This document shows, one piece after another, positions 1 to 11,940 of a stretch of DNA of 64,000 nt. A model generated the notes under the pieces. It ran no database searches. It was not told the DNA's origin and saw only the letters and a program-made list of their open reading frames with translations. Each line of letters opens with the position of its first letter. The stretch's first letter is position 1. Source of the DNA: Lama guanicoe (Eukaryota); assembly GCA_013239625.1 (NCBI GenBank), contig MU054187.1, positions 13,052,974-13,116,973 of the forward strand, given 5' to 3'. The position numbers and the translations under genes are program-made.

Positions 1-23
1 GCCCAATTTGCCCTCTTGAGATA

Positions 24-125
24 ATTTTTTTATCCAGCTTTATTGAGATATAATTGATATATAACACTGTGTAAGTTTAAGGTGTACAATGTGATGATTT
101 GATACAAAGATACGCTGTGAATGCG
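24..125 (-). mobile_element. L1 3' terminal fragment (L1MA9-like)
   Basis: T-run followed by ctttattgagatataattga...gtttaaggtgtacaatgtgatgatttgatac, typical of an antisense L1MA 3' end. Confidence 0.75.
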
Positions 126-554
126 ATATTTTGCATAGAAGGGACAGGATGGTTCTCATATGTGTACTACTGCTACTCTATTATTCCTATTGATAAAAAA
201 GGTGAACTATAAATTAGCAGTTATTTAGTCTTTCCAAATTAATTTTTTTTTATCATTTGGGCAAAAACTACCCTGTAGTTTAATTTTGGCATTATCAACA
301 CAATCAAGTACTTGATGGAAATTATGAGAATTGATGACTGAGATATATATGTGTGTGTGTATACATAAATGGCTTTAAAATGCAAGTACATTTGCACTAG
401 TAGAAATAAATTACAAATAGCCATGGTGAGCAATGTTTTACTGGTATGGCCTGAGCCACTGTATATATTTGAAAGAAATAAATATATTTTATTTAAAATT
501 TACTAATCCTATAATTAAATCTTAATTTACGGGTTTTATCTTCTCTGAGAGGTC

Positions 555-790
555 TAATAATAACCAGCCTTTATTGAACAATGTATGTGCCAGCAGATTT
601 GCTACATCCTTTACATGTATTATCCCTTTCAAATGTTCCTATAATCAGAGGGAGCTATCTTTAAGATAATTTTTATCCTCATGTTACAGCTTCAGGAGAG
701 TGGTGTTCAAAAAGGTTAATACAATGCCCGGAGTCACATACAACTGGTCAGTGGCAGGGATGGAAGTCTTAATTTGCAACCTGTTAACTA
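555..790 (-). mobile_element. MIR SINE
   Basis: tttattgaac..tatgtgccag, atcctcatgttacag, tgcccggagtcaca..cagtggcagg: antisense MIR core and tail. Confidence 0.7.
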
Positions 791-1977
791 TACCTGAGCA
801 CAAAAGAATCCAGTAGGGCAAGAGAATAAATTAGGGAAATGAATACTGGGAAACCTATATTAAAATCTTGAAATAGGGGAGATATGAACAAGATGGAGCT
901 CATGAATCAATACTGTTTGGAATAGTGCCCTGTGTCATCAACCCTGATTTGGGCTAAGAACATCCAGTTGAGTCATGCCTAGAAATAACCTGTGGTAAAT
1001 AATTAACTCCCTTAGGAGAGGCTGGAGCCAGCCCATCTGGGATGCTGGCCAAGGGGTTGTTATCCCTGAAACCAACTGGGGCTGGAGCTGTAAAGGTTCC
1101 TGAAGCGGCCAGAAATGGAGAAGCCAAAGGATAAAGAGTCCTTGTAGAGTGTGGAGTCAAAAGCTACCTAAGCCACTTTCAGATCCAGCTCAAAAAGCGA
1201 GGTGGGAGAAGACGAGGAACAAGCAAAAGGCTGGAAGAGATGAGGAGGCAGAAACAAAACCTGCAGAGCCTCAGAACATGGGAGAAGATAACTGGGCTCT
1301 CATTAAGTGGATATAGCCTTTGCAGAGTTGAGACAGACATCCAAAAACCTCTCAGATCTAAGAGGAATTTTTAGTTTCACTCTGATGGTTATGGATAGCT
1401 TAGCATGTCATGTCTAAATAGTCCTCTCCCTAGTATTAACTCAGATGCTAGACAAGAAATCTATTAATACCTACTTGTATATGGATCAGGTTCTCAGTCC
1501 TCTGTTAAGTGCAAAGAGAAAGAGAAAGGAAATAAGATACAGTCCTTGTTCCTCAGCCTTCCATCTTGCCTGCCTCTCTTCCTCCAAACTTCAGCATCAC
1601 TCAGGAGTGTCTCTTTCCCTTGACCCACGGAGAGATCGCGTCAACTCACTCTGCCTTTGAGATGTCTCCTGAACCCAGTACTGTCTTCTACTTTCCTTTT
1701 TCCACCACTCTGGTCTGGGCCCACAAGCCTACCTTAGCAATTCCTAGCATTGCTCTTCTGTAGATGGCTAATTCCACGGGGATGGTTGGAGTCATTACTC
1801 TGCCAACCTCAATACAAAAAAAAAAAAAGGAGAAAAAAATTTAAAAATAAGGTCCCAGGGGTAGATAAGTATAGGAAACACAGGATTAAATATAGTTAAA
1901 CAGGTGTCTTTACTGAGGAACTGCTCTGGGCCTTTAAAATATGCTAATTTGTTTTGTGCTTCCTCAAGAATACGCTG

Positions 1978-2476
1978 CAGAGGGTCCAAATTTATGATTG
2001 TTCGACTTACAATTATTCAACTTCATGATGGTGGGAAAGTAATACCCACTCAGCAGAGACTGTACTTTGAATTTGGAGTTTGGATCTTTTCCTGGGCTGG
2101 CCATGTCTGTGCAACACTTTCTCATGATTCCGGGCCGCCGCAGTGAGCTACAGCTCCCAGTCAGGCACACAATTATGAAGGCAAACAACTGATCCACGGG
2201 CGATCATTTGCCTGCAGTCAGCCCTTCTGCCTCTCACTTTCAGTACAGTATCCAATATAGTACATGAGACATTCAACACTTTATTATAAAACAGGCTTTG
2301 TGTTGGATGATTTTGCCCAACTGCAGGCTAATGTACATGTTCTGAGCACTTTTAGGGTAGGCTAGGCTAGGCGATGATGTTCAGTAGGTTAGGTGCATTG
2401 AATACATTTTTGACTTACAGTATTTCCAATTTACTATAATCGGGATGTAACCCCATTGGAAGCTGAGGAAGATCAG
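1978..2476 (-). mobile_element. MER47/Tigger5-family (TcMar-Tigger) non-autonomous DNA transposon
   Basis: Reverse complement matches recalled MER47 text (gggttacatcccgat...aatgcacctaacctactgaacatcatcgcctagcctagcc...gtaagtcgaacaatcataa); both termini present. Confidence 0.85.
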
Positions 2477-3285
2477 CATATGACCTACTTAACCACAAGT
2501 TGCCTCTTTTGAGGAAAATTTTCTTTTGAGGAAATTTAGGATAATACTTTGGGAAGCATTAGCCTGGGTGACTGAAATGACTGAAATAGATCCCGAGGGG
2601 TATTCTCCTCACTCCCCTCCCCAAAGCTCTTCCACACATTTCTACCATATTGTTTTTACAAAGGTATTGTTTTGGATATATCATCCACCTAATCATGACT
2701 TTCAGAGGCTCCTCTATGACTACTTTACGGAATCTAAAGTTGCCAACCTGGCAAGATAGGTCCTCTCCATTCAACTAGTCTGATCTACCATATTTCCTAG
2801 ATTATCCCAGCCTCCACATATTAGTGTGTTACTTATATTTCTTGGAGTAGAATTCTTACTACTCCACTAGTCTTGGTCTTGCAAAATTTTTAAGATTTTG
2901 CTTAAGTATCATTGGAGTTTCTCACAGTTGCTTCCTTCCTTGAATTTTTGCCAAACATTTTACGGACTGAATGTATCACTTTCCTCAATAGATGATAAGG
3001 CCCTAGTGGTTAAGAAACATCTGTTTTTTTTGTTGTTGTTGTTTTGCTTTGTTTTGTGTTCTTTATTTGTACCCCAAGGACCTATAACAATGTTCTCTAT
3101 ACATAGATGTAAAAGATGACAATATAAGAAAAATAATAAACAACTAGATTTTAGAATCCAGCAAAGCTTGGTTTGCTGATCATCTGCCTAACAAGAAGGC
3201 TGGATGTGGTGTGCGTTCAGAGCAGCTGATCTGGAAGGGCTTGTGGCCATCAAACACCTTCATCTGGCATTCCTCAGTAGGATGC

Positions 3286-3674
3286 TATACTAGTTTTCTG
3301 GGGCCACCACAACAAAATACCACCGACTGCGTGGCTTAAACAACACAAATTTACTTTCTTACAGTTCTGAAGCTAGATGTTCAAGATCAAGGTGAGTTTG
3401 TTTCTCCTTAGGTTTCTCCCTTTGGCTTGTAGATGGCTGCTCTTGTGCTGTGTCCTTGCATGGTCCTTCCTCTGTGCACATGTCTGTGTCTTAATCTCCT
3501 CTTCTTATAAGGACACCAGTTAAATTGGATCGGGCCCACCCATATGACCTCATTTTACCTTCATTACTTCTTTAAAGATCCTATCTCCAAATACTGTGCA
3601 GTCAGATTTTGAGGTACTACACGTTAGGGTTCCAACATATATATTCTGGGGTGGACACAAATCAGCTCATAAAA
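3286..3674 (-). mobile_element. MLT1 (MaLR, MLT1A/B-like) solo LTR with 5-bp TSD
   Basis: ggcttaaacaacacaaattta..cagttctg, tcttataaggacaccag; flanked by identical GATGC at 3281-3285 and 3675-3679. Confidence 0.9.
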
Positions 3675-4269
3675 GATGCCTTCGAGAAATGTACTCAGAT
3701 CAGTGGAACCAAGCAGACTGAGACATTGAACAAAGACTAAAAGACAATTAGACATTAGGAGAACCACCATAGTTCTACTCCAAATTTCCATTTTTAAATT
3801 GCTTTAGATTTTTAAAAACTTATTCGTTACTCCAAAATAATGCCTGGTGCATGGTAATAAATCTTTTGAAACTAAAAGTGATTACTTTCTCTGTTCCAGG
3901 AAACGTATAAGCCAAAGGCAAGGTTAAAGAGACACAGGCTACTGCTAGGCTGGATCAGACACAAGGTCAATCCCCAGACTGCTTACACTCGGGAACCCTG
4001 CACAGAGGATGCTCTCCTCCAGTCCCAACTACTGTGGCTTCTGGAAGCATGAAAGGTGTACACTTAGAAATTTCTCCTTAGAGCTTCATATTTTTGCAGA
4101 TTTCTGGTATATAGAAAATAATAGTCTATTGTACATATGAAAAGGTGGAGCAAAAGATTTGAGGAGGAAAAAAAGAATATGAAAATTTCAAGACTTTCTA
4201 GTTCCTTCTAAGACTCCTTAGACGATGTCAATATTAGGAATTAAATAAGTATAAGAATATACTCCAATG

Positions 4270-5060
4270 GTGCTTGAATAGTTTTAAACAAAGCAGAAAA
4301 AACTTCCTCTCTCATGGAGCTAACCTTCAAACAGGGAGAAAGGCATGAAAGAAACAAGGGAAATACCTAGTAGATTATTCTGGTACAAGAGAAACTATAG
4401 TTCCCAGCTGGAATTTAGAAAGCTGTAATTTAAGTGGGGACGGGACAAATAAAGTATCACCAAGAAAGTGCCCATGTGAGCAAAGACCAGAACCTGGAGA
4501 GGGAACAAGCCATGGGGATGTTGGGGAGAAAGAACATTCTAGAATATGGGAACAGCACATGCGAAGGCCCTGGGTGGGCATATACTTGGTGGGTCTGGGG
4601 AACAATAAAGAGGCCAGCATGGCTAACGCAGAGTTAGTGAGGGGGTATGACGAGTAGGAGGTGATGTTGGAGAGGCACCTGGGTACCATATCATTCAGCC
4701 CCTTGAAGGCCATTGTTCTGTTACTCTGAGTGATGCGAGAAGCCATGGAGGATTTTGAGTAGAGGAATCACAAGACAAGACCTGCATTTTATGTGGGACA
4801 TCTCTGACTATGGAAACTAGACTAAGGCAGATGGAGCAGGAAGCAAAGAGGCTATTTTATCACCTCAACTAGGAAATGGTGGTGGCTTGTTCCAGAGCTG
4901 TAGCAGTGAAGTTGCTGAGAAGTGGTCCATTTCTGAGTTTTGCAGGTAAACCCAACTGATCTGCAAACCGATTGGATACGGGTGTGAAGGGCAAAGTGGA
5001 ATCAACCATAACTCCAAGATTCGGGGACCTAATCCAAGGGAGGATGGAGTTGCCATTAAA
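4270..5060 (-). mobile_element. L2 LINE fragment
   Basis: ctcatggagct, gaacagcacatgcgaaggccctg, aggccagcatggct, gccatggaggattttgag, ggatggagttgccatt. Confidence 0.85.
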
Positions 5061-5822
5061 GGTATATTTAAACATTTACACTCCTGTTACTCCCAGTGAT
5101 GGTAATAACTTTTCGGTTATCATTTCAGTTGCAAGTGGAAACCTTGAGAAATATACTTTAACACCTCACACACAATTTTACACATATAGGCACCCCAAAG
5201 TTTCCTTGACAAAGACAGTAATAAAATATGTGTAAGTAATAGAATAAAGCATTTCAGTTTTCTGTAAACCTGTCTCTCAAAGGACATTCTTTGCACATTA
5301 CTTCAGTGATAAGAGGAGTTTTGCAGAAGGAAAAGTTGTATACAATTGAATAAGTTATGGCATTAATTCAACATGAAAAGCTATTCACATTGGTTCTCTT
5401 GGTGAAAGACGAGATGAGTAATACAGACTTCTCACAAAAGCAAAAATTAGAGGTTATTTAGAAAGCTAAAGAAAGTTGCCAGGGAAACAAGTTCTTTCAG
5501 AAATTTGGTGACAATGCCTCCCCATGAATGCCAAACATTTTAACTGTAAAGTTGTTCAGCTTCTAACTACAGGTAGATGTGAGCTGTTATGGACAGTGAG
5601 GGATAAATTAACCGAGCAGCCATACACAAGACAGAGAAAAAAAATGGTTTGGTGATCAACAAATTTTACTAAATATGAATAATAAAACAAAAGAGTTGAG
5701 TGTAATGGCTATAAAAAATAGGTGTGCAATTAAAAGCCCAAATATATTTAAAGAGGCAATCCAAGCTCTCTTGAAGTGACTTTACCAAAGCAAGCTTTAA
5801 GTAAAAAAAATTAACTCAATAG

Positions 5823-5888
5823 TATATATGTGTGTATGTATATATATATATATATATATCCGCACACATACACACACAGAACACACAC
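5823..5888. repeat. Compound (TG)/(TA)n/(CA) microsatellite
   Basis: Seen directly. Confidence 0.85.
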
Positions 5889-6075
5889 CCATGAAGCTTT
5901 TCTTTTACAGAATCATGAAAAACTTTCACAGTTCTGAAAATGTGGCAAATTCACCTTTCTGGGAAGCAAAGTCAATTTCTCCAGATTATTCTCCCCATCT
6001 ATCTAATTCCTATCCAGCATTCAAGGCTCTCGGAAGGCTTCTTAGATTTTTGCAATCCACAGTGGTTCTTCTCTA

Positions 6076-6175
6076 AACTTATCTTTATGATTCTACTCGC
6101 ATGATCGGTTCAGAATCTACATGTAGTTCATATCTATATGAACTTAATCTGTATGATTTTACTCGCATGATCGGT
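6076..6175. repeat. ~34-bp imperfect direct repeat with palindromic spacer
   Basis: aacttatctttatgattctactcgcatgatcggt (6076-6109) vs aacttaatctgtatgattttactcgcatgatcggt (6141-6175). Confidence 0.9.
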
Positions 6176-9100
6176 AGCCACAGCTGCCCGTGACAGCTCT
6201 TGTATTGCAAGACTATACTTTTAATGTGCTTTTACTGTTTGTCATTTCAGTGTCTCACTGGTGCTGCCCAAATGAATGGTGAGCTTCTTGAGGGCAGAGT
6301 ACCCATGGGTTATGCCTTATTTGCTAATTACATAGTGGGATGGGGCAGCAGGGTGCTTTATTGAATATATAAACTGATTCATGTACAATTGGTAAAATGG
6401 ATTCATTTCCTTCATTTTAATTATTAAAATATCTATTGGAACAAAAGCTTCATAAAAGTCAGCCTAAAAAATTGCTTATCATTGGGATAAAAACATATAT
6501 GGAAATGATCCAATCATTTAAATAAGAATTTTAAAAGGAAAAAATAAAAGCTATTAAATTAACTAGAAGACTGTTTAGGCTCTTTTCTGTTTTCCTAACC
6601 ATGTTTATGGTATTCTCCATGCTGCTTAAATCTCAAACATATGTAACTATATACAACCATAATTAAAAATAATTTATTTAACATTATCCTATAAAGGGGA
6701 TTGACTGAATTCTATGGAGAGGATCTCTAATCACTGCCTTTAATATCAGCCCTTAAGAAAAATCTCCTGATCCAGAGCTTCTCTCAACACCATGCAACCC
6801 ACTTCAATAGGGCAGGGATTCAAATACAGCAGGAGCCTAAGGGCAGCGTGGTCTGTAATGCCAGTTTTGGATCTGTCTCTCCACTCCATGGTTAAGAGTT
6901 TCCACTAAACTTCGACATGATGGGTTTTCAAGTGTCTAAATATATAAATGTATGTCTCCCATATCACCAGGATCATTTTGCCTTCAGTCCTCTAAATCTC
7001 TCGCTACATATTATCGACACTCAATGAGGCAATTTTTTAATTGCAGCACAATAAAACTGCAGAGCTTTAGGCATCTTTGGGCAAAACAACAGAAACACCT
7101 GAATATTCCAACCTTTGACAATAGAATCTAAGCATCTTAAATGACGTGGGATAATGTACATGCGAATAGCTTACAAACTATAAAACGCTACGGAAACGCG
7201 AGATCCGATGACACAGCCCGCAGACTACCCAATGCAAGATTTACATTTCATTCATGCGTATTTACAGTAAGTAACACACACACAAAAAAAAGCTTTAAAT
7301 AACCCATTGCAAGGAATACCCTAAAAGGGAACTATTATTTATTTGTGCGATGTATATATGGTACACTTATGCCATGCCATCGCTCTTCCCCAATAGTACC
7401 ATTTAGTACAAACAGAGAAATAATTTGTTTAGCTATATAATCAGGAGAGGCTGCACACAATAAAAGAAAGCATTCTGGTTTTTAAATGAATAAAAATTGA
7501 TTGTGTCCCTATAAAAACTAAATTGGCAGAGTGTTAACTGCATTTCACATAAACATCTGTAGCGGGCTGTGCCTCTCGGCTGGGCTGTAATGCAATATGA
7601 AACACTTAGGGATAAATGCATTCTCCAGATGAGTTCAGAGAGATTTTCTAAAAGCGTCTGATGAGATTGTAAAAATCGGATTAGTCAGGACTGCTAATGA
7701 CACTTAAAACAAAGGGAAATCTTTAAACAAAATTATTTTGTGCTTCTCTCTTGATAAATTATATGCAAATTAGTGTTGATTGAAAAATGTTTGCCTTGAA
7801 GGTAAATTCACACTAATAAAGGAGAGGTCATCCTGCCTCAGACACAGTACCTCTCATCAGGGGGACTTTAAAATTAACCACGTTATTTCCTTTCTGTAAA
7901 CAATTTCGATAAAACAGTGTGATGATGTTAGAAACATTTCTATTTTATCTTTAGTGCATTCCTGATATTATAATCATCATATGCATAATTTTACATTACT
8001 TACAGTTTCAGGTGTGTATATATATGCACTTGTATATTCATTTTATGTGTGTATACACTTTATATATAGTATATCAGCATACATCCATCTATACATGCAT
8101 ATACACACTATGTATGTGTAAGTACATATATATGAGCTAACAAAGTTTTTAAGCTGAGAAAGTTTTCCATTTTTTTCAATCTGTTAGTTTGAGGAAGAGC
8201 TATTGTTACAGTCAGGACTTCCTAGATTTCTGAATAGTTTCATTCTTGGCACAATTTTTTAAAAATTTAGTACTGACAGTTCAAGTAGATATTTTGTGTT
8301 ATTTATTCCCTCTACCAAAATATCAGTGTACTGTGTTAGACAGAGTAGAGTTCAAATTCTGTGCCAGCTTGAAAACCAGGAAAAATTTATGAAGAAACAG
8401 CTTTATAACCAAGAACCCAAGGCTCATCCTTGAAGCCTCAGTTTCTCCATCTCTAAAAAATGGAAGATAATATGCAGTTTTTTGAAGCGTGTAAGATTAT
8501 GCATCTTTCATAAACCAACTCACTTGATCATCATCAAATGATCATTAGTGAATTAAATACATTAATTTATATAATATATGTGTATAATAAACAACCTAAA
8601 TCAAGAAATGAAGTAAGGAAAATCAGATACTTAGTACTACACACATAGCAGTGTACTAGGCACTGAAGAACGCCGTAGACATAAGGCACAACTCTTGTCC
8701 CCCAGGATTGTAAAATTTCATGAAAGAATTACAGACACTTAAAATAGTTAATAAGATTAAAATGAGTGATATAGGCAGGAAGTGCTCTTAGGGTTGGTCG
8801 ATGCAGAAGGAATGAGAGGTGATGACTTCTTGAAGGATGTGAGGGTTGTAAGAGTGATGCCTGGAATGTGGAAAGTGTTCATAGGTGGAGAGAAAGGAGG
8901 GCTGCCCCAGTGAGGGGCCCACCAGGAGCTGCAGTAAGCACAGTGCACACGGGGATGTGGCTGAGCCTGGCTTAGCCACAGTAAGAGCTCCAGCCAGAAG
9001 GAGAATCCCAGGAGATAGATCTCTAGTGGCAGCTTATATGAAAATGTGGCAACAGTTGTAAGGAAGGGCCAAATCTGTGTATGAAGATTTGAAGAGTATC

Positions 9101-9999
9101 TTCATTCATCTTACAGATCAGAGCAGTTAGTAAACTTGGAGTCTGGGAGGAAAACTGTGAGGTTTTCCTTGAGGAAGAAAGGATTGGCCAGAACAGGCAA
9201 AGGGCCCAACTCGAAAGCCAGGCTACCCTGGATCAGTCAAGTTTCGAGGAGCCAGCCAAGTGGGGAACTGAAGACGAGGTCGGAGATTTTGATACAAGGA
9301 TCTTCAGTCACTGAATCAGCAAGACCAGTGAAGGCCTAGATAATTCTGTAAAGCTGAAGCTTATAAAGGTTAACTCCGTTTTCCCATGTTCACTGTGGGA
9401 GGTGGCACCAAAGCCGGGACTAGAACCCAAGATGCTTAACTGCCTCTTCATAGTTCTTCACCAAGGACCACCCCTCGGGTCCCCTGCTCCCCTGCTATTA
9501 ACTGCTTTACACTCTGAACTTGTTTGCCTTTCAACGAAGGGGAAACACTGTGATCAGGTAGTTACAGCGGCTACTATAAGCTGGAAAAGGGGATATGTAA
9601 GAAACTTAGGAATGGCCCTTCTAAGCTACAGTTTGACAGACAGTTATGAATTAGTTGGGATGCTGGTCATTCAGCTTGTCTCCTAGGAAACACTTTGATG
9701 CTGTTCAATGTCTTCCCATGTGATCATGATTCTGGAACCTGTCCTTCAGGGTAGATTCATGTTTTCCAATTAACTCACTCAAAAAGACTCACTGGGCTCT
9801 TCCGTCATTTCTTACCTTCATGGAATTACTTGGCTCACATTCACTCTGGTGTCAGTGGCAGGGAAGTAGAGCTGTAAAATGTAATGGCTCTGTCAATCCT
9901 AACCATAACAACATTAGCTCAGTTGCAAGAACATTTGCTAATTCATTCATTCCACAAATACTCACTAAGCACCTACAGGTACTAAAGGAAGTGGAGTGA

Positions 10000-10190
10000 G
10001 TAGTATTACGCTTAATGAGCAGGGAAGTTCTCAGCTCTCCTACTAAACTAGCCATGTGCCTTAGCTCTGATTATGAATACATTCACCGCACAGGGTAATT
10101 ATGAGGACTAAGCGGGCTCAGACATGTAAAATGCCTAGAACATGGCCTGGCACATGTGACTTCTCAATAAATATTAGCTACTATGATTAC
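10000..10190 (+). mobile_element. MIR SINE
   Basis: cagctctcctactaaactagc..cacagggtaattatgaggactaa..gcctggcacat..ctcaataaatattagctacta. Confidence 0.75.
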
Positions 10191-10199
10191 TGCCTGTAG

Positions 10200-11030
10200 A
10201 GACTGGGTAAGCCAAATCAAAGATGTCTTCTAGAGGTGGAGACACTTGTATAGAACTTTGAGGTGTTATTAGGCATTTTCTATTTAGAAGAAATAGGAGA
10301 AGGTCAGTTGAGGCAGATTAAATAGGCTGTGAAAATAATGGAGGTGTGTGGCAACAAGATAAGGACTGCTCATTGTGGCTGGAGCCTGAAGATTTGGAAG
10401 TAGAAGCCAACTGCAAAGGCCCTGGATGCTACGCTAAGAGGTTTGAGTTTTATATTTAAAGCTGTGGGAAGTCATTGGAAGATTTTACAGGGGGTGTTTG
10501 ACAGGATCCGTTTGGTGCTTTAGAAAGATCGTTCTGGCAGTGGTGACTGAAAAAATCATTTTGGAAGGTCTTTGAGCAGCGAGGGCAGGAATTAGCGAGG
10601 GCCGGAGTTAAGGTTGAGTTGTTGCAAATGAAGACAAGGGATGCAATCAAGAGGAGTTTGGGAGGAAGTCTTCATGTGACTTGATAACGAATTAGATGTG
10701 GGAAATGGATGAGAGAGAAGTTTAGGGTGACAAAAGTTCCAAGACTTGAACGAATAGGTCAAGGATGGGTACTTTCTGAGATGGGGAAGACTGAACATGC
10801 AACAGGTTTAGGGATGTAATGGTGAGTTCAGGTTCAGACCTGCTGAGTCTAAACTGTGACACACAGGTGAGGATGTGCAGTAGGCATCTGGCCATGAATG
10901 TGGAGCTCACACACCAAGTTCCTATGGTCATCTACATCTAGATGTCACTAGAAGTAAGAGCTTTAGAGTTATGAGTTTTTAAACTGTAGTTAACAACATG
11001 AATATGGATAAAGTTGCCCGGGAATAGTAC
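10200..11030 (-). mobile_element. L2 LINE fragment
   Basis: gctaagaggtttgagtttt, ggaagtcattggaagatttt, tttagaaagatcgttctggcag, gagatggggaagactg. Confidence 0.8.
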
Positions 11031-11614
11031 ACAGGGAATAAAGGAATGTATAAATGACGGAGAAAAACAGAAGAAACAAGTTCATGAGAAGGAAGCTCCT
11101 ACTAAGATCCCTATAGGTGGAAAGAACAAAATAAGATCACCCTCCTCTGGACACACACAAGCTTAGGCAGAAGCTCACTTAAATCCACATGCAGACCATT
11201 TTACAGAGCAGGCCATATTGATGATGAAAGTCAACATTTTCCAGACATTCATCAAAACCACAGATAAGTCCAAAAACAGACCCAAATGTGTATGCACGAA
11301 GGAAAGGAAAAAACAACAAAGGAACTTCAAAGATTTGGGGTCTGAATGACAGGCCCCATATCACAGTCATAAACAGGAGTTTTTATAAGAGGCTCGTACA
11401 GTATGCAAGCAGCAGAGTGCAGTGAAGAGGTACACCTATAATTTGCTTTGGATTTACTTACATATTGAAGACAGTTAGAACCACCCAAGTCAGATTGAAA
11501 GTCTAAGCTCTATGCATTCCCCATAGAAACAATACTGGAACAGCAATGGGGCAAATCTAGTGCTCAAACAGCTCCTCCCACCCCCACTATAGCTTTCTAT
11601 CCATGGACTTGAAG

Positions 11615-11940
11615 CAACATAGTATGGTTTATATACACAGAATGAGAAAGCATATTGGCTTATACACTGGGCATTCCTGGATTCAAAGTCTAACTCTTCT
11701 TCATATTAACAGTGTGACTATGGACAAGTTAATGAATTGGTCCAAGTATCATCTTCTTAATATTTAATTCAGTCTAATCCTATAGCCTACTTATAGTCTG
11801 TTGTAAATGAGGATAAAGTTAGATAAATTACTACAGTTAATATTTATTTAGCTCTTGGTATGAGTAAGACAATGAACTAAGCTCTTTACAGATACCATCT
11901 TTATAACTCTCACAACGGCTCTCTGAGGGGATGGACTGAA
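11615..11940. mobile_element. Two adjacent MIR fragments in opposite orientation
   Basis: cctggattcaaagtc..gtgtgactatggacaagtta on +, then tatttatttagctc..aagctctttaca..ctcacaac on -. Confidence 0.6.

Noticed and set aside
930..1430. Possible ancient LTR or purine-rich reading frame
   Set aside because: No family could be recognised and there are no convincing splice signals or known peptide.
1964..2197. Apparent minus-strand first exon (MASPGKDPNSKF.., donor gtaagt at 2010-2005)
   Set aside because: Lies wholly inside the MER47/Tigger5 element; gtaagtcgaa is part of the transposon's terminal repeat.
6076..6175. Repeat-spacer-repeat resembling a minimal CRISPR
   Set aside because: Mammalian context, only two imperfect units and no cas genes.
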